Assembly: GCA_002269645.1 (NCBI GenBank)
Contig: NIVC01003269.1
Location: 43,892 to 107,891 of the forward strand
Direction of reading: 5' to 3'
DNA: 64,000 nt
From: Macrostomum lignano
Taxonomy: Eukaryota
The number at the start of each line of letters is the position of its first letter. The first letter of the stretch is position 1. A program made the translations under genes and the position numbers. Below the pieces are notes generated by a model. The model did not search any database, was not told the origin of the DNA, and saw only the letters and a program-made list of their open reading frames with translations. Shown here in pieces: positions 1 through 13,030 of the stretch.

Positions 1-1149
1 TTTCTGAGCAAGAGAGGAGTTTGGGAGCCACTCTCTCTCTCTCTCTCTCTCTTCCCAATGCTTCTCTCCCCTCTCCCCCCGTTATGCGACCATAATTAGG
101 CTGCCGCCTCAGCCAAAGGCGAATCCTCAAGCCGCCTGGGAACAGGACAGAAATGGAAATAAGTCGGACAGGACGGAACCACTGCAGAGAGGCAGAGAGA
201 AAGAAGGCGACTATTTTCGCAGATTTTCCTATTTAATTTAACAATCTATCTTTTTCTTCCCTGTCCAGACACAGACGCATTGATTTTTTGAGCAGATGGG
301 AATTCTGCTAGACAGGACGGGCGGCATCCGGCAGATAAAGATTTTTTAGTCAAGAAAATGTCCAGCATTTGCATTAATGCGGTGGCAGTTTTAAGTGCGC
401 AGAGCTGACTGCTGGAATGGCGAATGAGAAAGAAAAAAAGAGGGAGAAGGGTCCAGAGTCCTCGCCGCTCCATCAGTCTGCAGCGTTCGGCCCCTTCCTC
501 CTCCTGTTAATTTGCCTGCCTCTTCGTTAGGCCAAATTCAATTTTCGCTCGCCACTCCCTTTAGCTTGCGGTCCGCTGCTCCGCTCTCTCCGCATTTTCT
601 CCCCTTGGGGATTCCTGGGACTCGGATGGAGGAGACGGGGAGGGAGGGGCCTTCCTCTCGCCACTGCCGCTGACTGGCTCCCTGACGCTTCATGTTCCAT
701 CTCCTCTCAACTCGTCGCATCTCTCCCTGTCCGCACTCCCTTTCTCTCTTCTCTCTCTGTCTCTCTCTCCCGCGCCATCGAATAGCCGCTATGGCAATTA
801 GGACTTGGCCTGCCATAGTAGCATTCCAGCTCGTGTATGCGCGAATTTTCGCTGTGGAGAGAAAATACACATGTAATACAAAATACTGGGCTGGCTGACC
901 GTTAGAATAATGTTATTCGAACTAGGCAAATAAATCGCTATGAGATGAAGATTAAACACAATTGATTTTAATGCAATTATTTTAGTATTTTTTTAGGTAG
1001 AGATTGAAATTTGGAGCATAATTAATCATCTATTAAACTAAAGGAAATCAGTCGTGGCTTTCATAAAAAATCTCTAATGCGCAGTATTCGTTGTTTTAAA
1101 TAATCGATAGATTCCATTCCATAGTTAGCAGATTACCAAAAAAAGTTGA

Positions 1150-1512
1150 CTGTGCACTGAAGTGTACATTGATGCTAAAAACTAGCTTAGGGGCTGAAAA
1201 CTCGATTCTTAGAGGTGTACATCTAATAGACGTACATTGATGCTAAAAATAGAACAGCCCGCTAAAAAGATAACCGAAAGATCGTGTAATCTAATAGACG
1301 TACATTGATGCTAAAAATAGCTTAGGGGCTGAAAGCTCGATTCTTAGAGGTGTACATTTGATAGACGTACATTGATGCTAAAAATAGAACAGCCCGCTAA
1401 AAAGATAACCGAAAGATCGTGTACATCTAATAGACGTACATTGATGCTTAAAGTCGAACAGCAAGCCTAAAAGGATACCGAAAGATTATGTACATTTGAT
1501 AGACGTACATTA
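1150..1512. repeat. Intronic tandem repeat, two alternating ~67-bp units (gtacat...tagacgtacattgatgctaaaa)
   Basis: The motif tagacgtacattgatgct recurs about five times with two alternating spacer types and runs up to the homeobox exon donor site. Confidence 0.75.
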
Positions 1513-1520
1513 AAGCTCAC

Positions 1521-1825
1521 CTGAATTCTAGCTTCGTTCAGCTTGGTAATCCGCGCCAGCTCCTCTCTGCAGTAAATATCAGGGTAGTGACTTTTTTGAA
1601 AGGCCGACTCCAGCTCGGTCAGCTGCTCCTGGGTGAACGTCGTCCTGTGCCGCCGGCGCGCCGGTGTCGGACACGAAGTCGCCGTCGGGTTGTGCCCACC
1701 GCCTGAAGGCCCGTTGATGCTGGCGCCACCCGTGCCGCTGACGCTGACGCCGCTTACGGCGCCTCCGCCTCCGCCGCCACCGGCGCCGCACTCCGACTTG
1801 ATTTTCTTGTAGGGCACATCCACTG
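1521..1825 (-). CDS. unc-42: Paired-class homeobox gene, exon 2 (UNC-42/PROP1-like homeodomain helices 1-3)
   Basis: Translates [46 protein letters not shown], close to the UNC-42/Prop homeodomain. Donor GTGAG at 1520 lies at the canonical IQ/VWF intron position. Acceptor ttgcag ends at 1826, phase 1, compatible with the upstream exon. The VWF..NRR exon was not found in 1-1520 and probably lies outside the window. Confidence 0.88.
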
Positions 1826-2279
1826 CTGCAATGGCGAGAGTTCGAGCAAGGAACTTATTATATATTCTTGTGCTAATATATTCATTTTGCTTAATCAATG
1901 TTGCAAAAACTGTGATAACCTTTCATAATTTGAAAATCAGTGATCAGTGGTTGTTAAAAAATTCCATCATGAAATCCTTCCCATCCCAAGAGGATTCTGG
2001 TCTAAGCTTGACTAAACTGAAAATTGAAAGATTGGAGGATTCTATTGAGCCACACCGCGAAGTGAAGCTGCATTCGTTAAGGCAGTCAATGAAATTTATA
2101 ATTCCTTCAAATGATGAGACAAATCGAAACATTTCTCCCTGTCTAGCATGCAAAATTAGAGGCTTAGAAGAAGAAACTTGAATGTTCTTTAGCATAGAAA
2201 ATAGGAAATTGAGGAATTTTTATTATGACTGTTAAACAAGCAGCAATAGAAAATGCAAGCACGTCGGATCTGGGATAAA

Positions 2280-3012
2280 CAGGAGACAAAGGGATTGGAA
2301 TGCAGATAATAATTGAGAGCAGAGAGATAAGATAGGGGAGAGATCAGAGAGAGTGATGAGAGATTAGAGAGATGAGAGATGAGAGAGATGAGAGATAAGA
2401 GAGGGGAGAGATCAGAGGGATGAGGGATTAGTGAGAGGAGAGAGATGAAAGATAAGAGATGAGAGAAGGGAGAGATAAGATAGGTGAGAGGTGAGAGATG
2501 AGAGAGAAGAAAGATGAGAGAGGGAGAAATAAGAGGGGAGATATGAGAGAGAAGAAAGATGAGAGAGGGAGAAATAAGAGGGGAGATATGAGAGAGAAGA
2601 AAGATGAGAGAGGGAGAAATAAGAGGGGAGATATGAGAGGAGATAGATGAGAAATGAGAGAGGCGAGAGATCAGAGGGGAGAGATAAGAGGGGAGAGATA
2701 AGAGGGGAGAGATAGGAGGGGAGAGATAAGAGGGGAGAGATAGGAGGGGAGAGATAAGAGGGGAGAGAGGAGAGAGGGGAGAGATAAGAGGGGAGAGATA
2801 AGAGGGGAGAGTTAAGAGGGGAGAGTTAAGAGGGGAAAGACAAGAGGGGAGAGGGGAGAGGGGAGAGATGAGAGGGGATAGATGAGAGAGGAGAGAGGAG
2901 AGAGATAAGAGGGGAGAGATGAGAGGGGATAGATGAGAGATGGGAGAGATGAGAGAGGGAGAGATAAGAGGGGATAAATAAGAGGGGAGAGGTGAGAGAG
3001 GGAAGACTGAGA
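2280..3012. repeat. GA-rich polypurine low-complexity tract (gagagatgag / agaggggagagata units)
   Basis: About 730 bp of almost pure purine on the + strand with degenerate short units; it explains the spurious SPLISPL ORFs. Confidence 0.85.
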
Positions 3013-5018
3013 AGACTTCGAGGATAGACAGCACAAACTTATACTTACTTTGTAGTTGAAAAAAACTGGGTAAATGATAGAAGATTTTATAAACCGAAAA
3101 AAAGATTTTTTTCGAATTTCGAATCCAAAAAAGAATATAAGAGGCCAAGCAAAGACAAGACAGTGACTCAGGGGAATATGAGATTGAAAAGGAAAGGTGC
3201 AGTAGAAAGCGACTGACCGATCAGGCCATGGATAAAAGAGTGGCGGTGATTGCCCCCCCCCCCCAGCCCACAGCAAATCTATTCCGAACCATTAAGCAAG
3301 CGGGGACTCAAAGGGGAGCCGCAATCCAGCAGGAAGTCGCCGACTGGAAATTAACTTACCTCAGGTCCCCCCTCCCCAGCTCCATCAAGTCGGATTTTCC
3401 TCTCGCTTTGCTGGTCAATATGACGAGGAGAAGCTGGGGATTGCTGGGTCGGCTGTCTGACTGGAAACTGGTTGCCTAATTAGCTTCATTTATCGCTCTC
3501 ATTCCTCATCATCGTCCAGACAGGCCAGAAACTCACAGGCAGTTTTTACCGAGGTGCAAAATGCTTATCTCCCTGCATTGCATGGCATTTATACAGGCTC
3601 CTCTCGAGTTACCCTGACGATCGGTCGTCATTCCCCCCCCCCCCCTAGCAACAGAACAAAGAACGAGCAAAAGCAAAAAGTGACAATAATAAGTATATAG
3701 TAATCGAATTTGTTGCAGCTGCGCCTTCCAGCATGGACACTTTGGGCTCCGATGCTATCTCGAGCTGGTCACCGGGCCTTTGGGCTGATCTGGCGGGCTC
3801 AGAGAACACGCGACACTGGGCCGGCTCGTGCGGCACCGCCTCGAGCGGTTGTCCGCTTTGCCGCCTCCACCCCCAGCGTGTTTTTTGCAACAAAAAAGGG
3901 AAAAAGAGGAATCCCCGCCCACTTCCCCGGATTCGGACTCAGTAATGAGACACCCATCTCTCACTTTCTGCATCAGCATTGGGAAAATAAAAGGGTTTTT
4001 CATTTTAGCCCGACGTCATCCCCATGGCAACGAAGTTCTCGGGAGTTTCAGTGCTGAAAAAATAGCGACATAAACCATCTCGTTTCGGAGATTTTTTGTA
4101 TTTATTGGTCAAAATCCGATATAGTATTCCCTTTTGAAAAACTGGTTACAGATTCAGTGAAAGTGGGGGCTGTCTGGCGCAAAGGAAAAAGACGCTGGTC
4201 GAGAAGGAGAATGAGACGGTTCTCTCCTTATTAAGAATCGGACATCTGTCACGATAGATCTTGGTTAGGTGGGAGGGGGGTTGGACCGTTCAGGACTTCA
4301 GAACTTCACCAACTGCAAAGAGGAACAGAAATGACACAAAACTATAGCTTTATATACATAGAGAGAGAGTTCGATGATGACGGGGGGCTGCTTGTTGTAT
4401 TCTCCTCTAGGATTAGAACCCATCGCCAGATTGTGAAACTCTTTGTGTCCCTGCGCCCGTCCTTTGGCCGTGCAATGCTCATCGCTCGGCAATAATTGCT
4501 CTGCAGTCCTCGCTCCGGTGCACGGCTGCGCCAGCTCATCAGCTCAAGAGGATTAAGAGGCAGTTCTCAAACCGGGCAGTCAAATCGGAGGACGCAAGAA
4601 AGCGGGGATCGGGTTTTTTCGTCGAAATATTTCTCGGATCATTGACTAATTCTGATACTCGCCCCCCAGGCCACTGTGGACCCCAGCCTGCTCCACTTCA
4701 ACACCGCGCGGGCCATGTTGATACACCGTCTTGACTGCCTGTCCTGACTGACAGGCTAAAAGACCCGGAGACCAGCATTGCAAATTAAAAGAGAAAGTTG
4801 TCCCGAAGCCAGAGCCTTGAATCCGCGATGGAACAGATACATTGAAGCAGTGAATTCTGCTGGGAATTTGCTAACATACAAGCATATACAGAATGCTCAA
4901 TGTGCGATGATGATCAGGCGACCTAAATCTTTCTCTGACGTCATTTCACATTTTATGCTGGTTTGTTGTAGCAAATGCTTGAAGATGCATGATTCAGGCA
5001 AATTAAAATGTGATGAGA

Positions 5019-5943
<925 letters not shown>

Positions 5944-6534
5944 AACACTTGAAGTCCCATGTAAAAATGGCTGAAGTAAGCAAATACAATAGATAAGTTG
6001 CTTACCACTGAATAGAAATGCTTTCTCAAAACAAAACTGTCAGATTTCTTCAAAGAATATTCATGCAACAGGGAAATGCCGAGCAGGGCTCTCGCTTCCT
6101 CCCCCGATCCGACCGCGCTCTCTGCCGTGCATGACGGCTCGCACCGACCCCGCACGCTCCGGGCCCAGTTATAGAGTGCAGGTCAAATAGAGTTACAATT
6201 TGCCTCATTACTGCAGCCGCTGGCAGCTCCCTTCTCCTGCCCGTTGCCCCGCCCCGCCCGCCACCAGCATCCCCCATCCGTGGGCGGCTAAAATCTGAGC
6301 TGCGCTCGAAGCGCTGCCTGCACTGACGAAGGAATTTGATTACGGCTGGACGCACCGGGAAGGAAGGTTGGCCCTGCATGCGGTGTTATCGAATTACATG
6401 CGCAGCTCTATGGCTATGGACCAGCTTAGCCAATGCCTGCGTGTCATTTGCCAACTTTCACCTGCCGTTAATCCTCACCCTTTCCTATCGATGTCAGAGT
6501 AAACAGATTACAGCCATTATAGAGTGCAACTCAC

Positions 6535-6850
6535 GCAGGACATGGTGATGAATATCGCCGGCTCCGTGCTGACCTCCCAGACCGTCGTCAAGTCCGTACA
6601 GTTGGGCGAAGTCTTCGTGATGGTGACTGGGAGGTGGTGGAGGCGGCTGCTGCTGCTGGTGCTGCTGCTGGTGCTGTAGGTGCTGATGCTGATGCTGCTG
6701 CTGTTGGTGCTGATGCTGCTGGTGCTGGGCCTTTCTCACCGCGGCCTTGATCTCTTCGCTAGCCGCCGCTGCCGCCGCTGCAGCCGCCGCCGCCGCCGCC
6801 GCTCCGCCATAGTGCTGAAGCTTTCCGCCGCCCTGGTCCTCACTGGCCAT
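6535..6850 (-). CDS. unc-42: Paired-class homeobox gene, exon 1 (poly-Ala, poly-Gln/His, poly-Pro N-terminus)
   Basis: ATG at 6850 gives MASEDQGGGKLQHYGGAAAA...HHHVL. Donor GTGAGT at 6534, phase 1, joins in frame to the exon at 1825. Low-complexity runs are typical of transcription factors. Confidence 0.72.
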
Positions 6851-7475
6851 GCTGTGTAGTGGCTTGCTAAGTGAATTAGAGTCCGCGCCTCTCTCTCTTT
6901 CTCCTCGTCTCTCCTCGCCTTTCCTCGCCTTGCTGCAATTCGAACGGGGCATTAAGTCAATTATGCCGCCAGCTCGGCCGCCACCCCGGCTCTGGGGAGG
7001 GGCGGGTAGGTTGGGCGGCCCCCTCCCCCCCGCCCTGGTTTCGCCGGCTTCGCTCGCGGCCAACCCGAGCGGCCGGGCGCTGCGCCGCCGCTCCCCCAGT
7101 GGGGCAGCCTGCCGCACCCAATCAGCCTGACTGGCAATGACGAATGCGAGCTGCCGCGCCTCTTGCTTTCGGCGCATTCGGACTCAAACACGCTGCACAC
7201 AGACGCGAAAGCTCTGCCATCAAAGGAGCTTGAGTTGACGCAAAGAGAGGGCTGCGTCAGTGTCAGTGGTGAATGTCCTGGGTCAGTCAAAGGCTGTTTT
7301 TGGTACTTTATATTATACTACTGATATAATCTTATACCAATGCTTCAAGCAAACATTGGATAAATATATGTTTATTTTGACGTCTTTTCTCAAGTATTTG
7401 CCAAGCAAGCGAGGTTCAGGTGCAAGGTTTAGGCGAGTTAGGGGTCAGCTTGCTCAGGGGCGAGTTTAAGAAGTA

Positions 7476-8052
7476 AGGTTCAGGAGTGAGGTTCAGGATT
7501 GAGGTTCAGGAGTGAGGTTCAGGATTGAGGTTCAGGATTGAGGTTCAGGAGTGAGGTTCAGGAGTGAGGTTCAGGAGTGAGGTTCAGGAGTGAGGTTCAG
7601 GATTGAGAGTTCAGGATTGAGGTTCAGGATTGAGGTTCAGGATTGAGGCTCAGGATTGAGGTTCAGGATTGAGGTTCAGGATTGAGGTTCACGATTGAGG
7701 CTCAGGATTGAGAGTTCAGGAGTGAGGTTCAGGAGTGAGAGTTCAGGATTGAGAGTTCAGGATTGAGGCTCAGGATTGAGGTTCAGGATTGAGGTTCATG
7801 ATTGAGGCTCGGGATTGAGGCTTAGGATTGAGGTTCAGGATTGAGGTTCATGATTGAGGCTTAGGATTGAGGTTCAGGATTGAGGTTCATGATTGAGGCT
7901 CAGGATTGAGGCTCAGGATTGAGGCTCAGGATTGAGGCTCAGGATTAAGGCTCGGGATTGAGGCTTAGGATTGAGGCTCAGGATTGAGGCTCAGGATTGA
8001 GGCTCGGGATTGAGGCTCGGGATTGAGTTTTAGAAGTGAGGTTCAGGGGTGA
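7476..8052. repeat. 13-bp minisatellite (gaggttcaggatt)n
   Basis: Roughly 40 copies with ttc/ctc and gatt/gagt variants. Confidence 0.92.
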
Positions 8053-9055
8053 GGCAGATTACTCAGTGGCTGGGATTTTGCTCAATCTAGCTTGAAGGCT
8101 TCTTTCTGTCTGCGGTTCAAAAGCGAAGCTCTTTTGAATTGTGATCCAACTTTGTGTGCCTGTGAAGTAACTGGACACAGTAGTAAATTCAGTATGATTA
8201 AAATTTACTATCTATTATTAAATAGAATATTAAACCGTTTACAACCACAGACGTGTCAAACCAATCATTAGCTTTTTCTTTGCATTTGCAATCAACATTG
8301 TGTTCAATAATTTTGTGGAGGTAACGTTTACCGCAATACTATTATATATAGTTCTAAATTACCCCTGTAAAAACTTGAATTGTTATACCCCCCTAAGGCC
8401 ATTATGGACCCTTATCAAGGCTAATAATGCCACAAATGCGAGACCATGCACGGCGGGGTGCATGGGATACGTGGGGATCTGCAATCCGCCACCAGTTGGA
8501 CCAGAATTCCAATGCTCCCATTGTCCATCGCGCCAACTAATGACTTTTTAGGCCACGCCTTCCCAATCCCCCTCCTTAAGCGCCCCGAGGCTGGAAAAGT
8601 GACGAGTTTTTCGCACCTTTTTTAAGCGAAGCCACGTACGCAGCAGTCTATTGTGTAGGCTAGGGTGAGAACACGCCTGGATAGATTATAGCTATAGAAT
8701 AACCTTATTTGTTCTTTACGGAGCGATCTGTATAGGTTATTTATGGCAGTGTTCGAGCGAATAACGAATAAACTCCTTTATTGCTCTTGAGTAGACAAGG
8801 TCTAGGGTCCGAAGCTACTTTAAGTAGCCACTCCGAAATGCTTGGGCACAGGAAGTTCAAGTATTTCAATTTCAATGTTTAGTCAACAGGAAGAACGATA
8901 ACTAGTGATTTTCAAAGAAAGAAAAGTCGATTTTATTTACAACTTCATAAAATCAAGTAGCAATTTTTTAAAAAGCAATATTACTTATAAAGAAAAAACT
9001 AAGTTGACGAAAAATAGTGGCAAAAATATTGAGATTCTTTTAGCCAAAGCAGCGC

Positions 9056-10322
9056 ATGACTTAAGTGCCCATGACTTAAGCGCCTATGACTTAAGCGCCC
9101 ATGACTTAAGTGCCCATGACTTAAGTGCCCATGACGTAAGCGCCCATGACTTAAGTGCCCATGACTTAAGTGCCCATGACTTAAGCGCCCATGACTTAAG
9201 TGCCCATGACGTAAGCGTGTATGACTTAAGTGCCCATGACTTAAGCGCCCATGACTTAAGCGCCCATGACTTAAGCGTATATGACTTAAGCGTATATGAC
9301 TTAAGCGCCCATGACTTAAGCGCCCATGACTTAAGCGCCCATGACTTAAGCGCCCATGGCTTAAGCGCCCATGACTTAAGCGTATATGACTTAAGCGCCC
9401 ATGGCTTAAGCGCCCATGACTTAAGCGCCCATGACTTAAGCGCCCATGGCTTAAGCGCCCATGACTTAAGCGTATATGACTTAAGCGCCCATGACTTAAG
9501 CGTATATGACTTAAGCGCCCATGACTTAAGCGCCCATGACTTAAGTGCCCATGACTTAAGCGCCCATGACTTAAGCGCCCATGGCTTAAGCGCCCATGAC
9601 TGAAGCGCCCATGACTTAAGCGCCCATGACTTAAGCGTATATGACTTAAGCGCCCATGACTTAAGCGCCCATGACTCAAGCGCCCATGACTTAAGCGTAT
9701 ATGACTTAAGCGCCCATGACTTAAAGCGCCCATGACTTAAGCGCCCATGACTTAAGCGCCCATGACTTAAGCGCCCATGACTTAAGTGCCCATGACTTAA
9801 GCGCCCATGACTTAAGCGCCCATGACTTAAGCGCCCATGACTTAAGTGCCCATGACTTAAGTGCCCATGACTTAAGTGCCCATGACTTAAGTGCCCATGA
9901 CTTAAGCGCCCATGACTTAAGCGCCCATGACTTAAGCGCCCATGACTTAAGTGCCCATGACTTAAGTGCCCATGGCTTAAGCGCCCATGACTCAAGCGCC
10001 CATGACTTAAGTGCCCATGACTTAAGCGCCCATGACTTAAGTGCCCATGACTTAAGTGCCCATGACTTAAGTGCCCATGACTTAAGCGCCCATGGCTTAA
10101 GTGCCCATGACTTAAGCGCCCATGACTTAAGTGCCCATGACTTAAGCGCCCATGACTTAAGTGCCCATGACTTAAGCGCCCATGACTTAAGTGCCCATGA
10201 CTTAAGTGCCCATGGCTTAAGCGCCCATGACTCAAGCGCCCATGACTTAAGCGCCCATGACTTAAGCGCCCATGATCCTTAAGCGCCTATGATTTAAGCG
10301 CCCATGACTTAAGCGCCCATGA
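9056..10322. repeat. 15-bp minisatellite (catgacttaagcgcc)n
   Basis: About 80 copies, each with the palindrome CTTAAG; it generates the HDLSA/LSHGR repeat ORFs. Confidence 0.95.
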
Positions 10323-10473
10323 TTTAACGAGCTCTAACCAATCTGCATGACAAAGTCTGTGGTGTATTGTGCATATTATAGAGTACAATAGCCAGTTCCT
10401 AAATCGGATTTTGTTTAACTGATGATTTTCACGAAATGAATAATACGAAGTTTTAATTGAGTTTGAACGAGAT

Positions 10474-10920
10474 TAACCCAGAAGTTTTATCAGTAAAATC
10501 TGCGCTTAACCCAGAAGTTTTATCAGTAAAATCTGCGCTTAACCCAGAAGTTTTATCAGTAAAATCTGCGCTTAACCCAGAAGTTTTATCAGTAAAATCT
10601 GCGCTTAACCCAGAAGTTTTATCAGTAAAATCTGCGCTTAACCCAGAAGTTTTATCAGTAAAATCTGCGCTTAACCCAGAAGTTTTATCAGTAAAATCTG
10701 CGCTTAACCCAGAAGTTTTATCAGTAAAATCTGCGCTTAACCCAGAAGTTTTATCAGTAAAATCTGCGCTTAACCCAGAAGTTTAATCAGTAAAATCTGC
10801 GCTTAACCCAGAAGTTTTATCAGTAAAATCTGCGCTTAACCCAGAAGTTTAATCAGTAAAATCTGCGCTTAACCCAGAAGTTTAATCAGTAAAATCTGCG
10901 CTTAACTCAGAAGTTTTATC
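10474..10920. repeat. 33-bp minisatellite (ttaacccagaagttttatcagtaaaatctgcgc)n
   Basis: About 13 near-identical copies ending directly at a SINE head. Confidence 0.95.
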
Positions 10921-11200
10921 AGCCTAGTGGTTAGAGCGTCGGACTCACGACTTGAAGGTCGGGGGTTCGATTCTTGACTCACTCGAAACAATTTGTGTCC
11001 TTGAGCAAGACGCTTAAGTGTGCATTGCTTCAGTTCACCCAGCTGTAAAATGGGTGACAGCATTAGCTGGGGTAATTGAGGGTGTGTGGCGACCCCCAAG
11101 TCCTTGGACTGAACAGCCGTACGCAGCCTTCAGATGCTCCTCGCAATAGCTGCGGCTGAGCTGTCGGTTGCACACCTGGCCCAATTGAGGCAGGTGTAAT
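10920..11200 (+). mobile_element. tRNA-derived SINE, copy 1
   Basis: A-box-like cagcctagtggttag and B-box ggttcgattc. The central ccttgagcaag...ctgtaaaatgggt segment resembles CORE-type SINE domains. A closely similar second copy lies at 32927-33205. Confidence 0.82.
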
Positions 11201-12614
11201 CAATTTATCATTATCTCCTATTATTTCAGGTCCTGTTCTCTCAAAGGGGATCTTTGGTCTCGCATTTTTGCTTGACTATAGTACGATTTCTACATGCACA
11301 TGTAGGGCAGCTACACATGTATACGGCTAACAGTCAATGATAAAGTTTGTGCCGCAGTGAAAAGTTCATAACTAAACGAATACTTATAAGTAAAGGAAAT
11401 CTGTGGCTAAACACCACCCCAATCCACTTGCACCTACAGAGAGTCACTGAGTCGAACCGCCAGCGCTCCGAAGGCGAAACGCAAAGAGTGGGATTCAGGA
11501 TAGAGAAGGAAGTTATTAGGTGGTGGTGGGGCGGCGGACCCCCTCGCGTGCGCTGGCAGTCTAAGCTGATCATATTTGTTTAAGCAAGGCCCGCAGAAGT
11601 GGGCCGGGGCAGTCGGTCGCCCGGGCCGTAATGCCCGCAAATGCAATTGTCTCAGCTTACCTGATACTATTACCGGGGCACTCAGCGGCCTGGCGCCAGC
11701 AACTTTGACAGGACAGGACGCGGAGACGGCAGGAGCTGAGCTACCTTGCGGCTATCAAACTTTGAACTCGCGTCGTCCAGGTGAGCCTCGGCGACGACCT
11801 CCTGGCCTGGCAGAGTCGAAGGAGCAGCGCGTTGGAGAGATTGAGACTGAGAGCGAAATTGGGGATTGCCGATGGACAGCTCTGGCCCGGGCCGAGCGAA
11901 TGTTTTTATGGTCGAATAATCTTGATTTCTTTTTCGCCTCAACTCGGAGGCGGGGAGGCTGGGGAGGGGGAGGCTGCGGAGCTGATGAGGATGATGGGAG
12001 CTCGGCCCAAGGTAATCGGGTTAGGTTTCGGGCAAACCACTCCAATCACAGGATAGCGGGAGATGGAGCGGAGCTGCAGGCCCAGCAACAGCCTCCGTCC
12101 CAGCCTCCTGCGCCGCACCAAGCCGAGACTCCAAAATTGCCTCCGGGCTTCGAAATTGGCCGAAGAGATTTCCCGCAGCTATTCGAAGTCGGGCGGAGCA
12201 AATTCGATCCCCGAAACGACTCGACTCCCTACCGAAACAGGATAATGAGACAATTATTTGTTTCATTAGCCAGAATGAGTAAATAAATGAGACGGGCTGG
12301 AGATCTGGGCTCTCCCGTATACAGTCAGCTCCTCCGCTCTGTCGAGTGGCTTCGGTTGGGGAAACTTCTCGCAGCCGAACATCTATATTAGCCCTGCTCG
12401 ACGAGATAAGTTGGCTCGAGATCTGCCCTGGGGGGAGGGTAGGGAGGGGGTCCTGCTTCGGCTGCTGCTGCTGCAGCAGTTGCCTCTCAGAAACTTGCAT
12501 GATCTGCCTTGCTGCCATCTGCCTGAATTCACCAGCCACGAGACACTTCATGGCGTTGCTGGCATGCATAATTGAGTGAGACTGTTCGATCCTCACTGAG
12601 ATGAGGAATTCGGA

Positions 12615-13030
12615 TCGTGGATTTTAATGAGCTGGGAGATACACGCGATTGGAATGGGATCGAGGATCGGGATCAGAGACTGGGATGCTCGTATGGGATT
12701 GGGATAATTGGGATCAGAGATTGGGATGTGGGATGGGATAATTGGGATCAAAGATTGGGATATGGGATTGAAATGATTGGGATCAAAGATTGGGATTATG
12801 GGATTGAAATGATTGGGATCAAAGATTGGGATTATGGGATTGAAATGATTGGGATCAAAGACTGGGAATTGGGATTGGAATAATTGGGATCAAAGATAGA
12901 TATGGGATTGGGATAATTTGAGTTGGGATCAAAGACTGGGATAAGGGATTAGGATGATTGGAAATCGGGATCAAAGACTGGGATAAAGGATTTGGATGAT
13001 TGGGATTGGGAATATTAACAGGGGTTAAGG
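12615..13030. repeat. Degenerate GGGAT-rich ~35-bp tandem repeat
   Basis: Recurrent gggatcaaagattgggattatgggattgaaatgatt units. Confidence 0.75.

Noticed and set aside
170-200. ctgcag|TGGTTC as homeobox exon 3 (WF)
   Set aside because: It lacks the Val codon, and the following residues (RPVRLIS) do not match the xNRRAK helix 3; the true exon is probably outside the window.
10920-10985. tRNA gene
   Set aside because: Only A/B boxes are present, no complete cloverleaf, and it continues into a body shared with a second dispersed copy, so it is a SINE head.
11100-11175. HDV-like ribozyme suggested by tcctcgc
   Set aside because: The motif reads gccgcgc in copy 2, and the nested double-pseudoknot pairings could not be built.
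11576-12286. 236-aa + strand ORF
   Set aside because: No recognisable domain and an atypical start; consistent with a chance ORF in GC-rich sequence.
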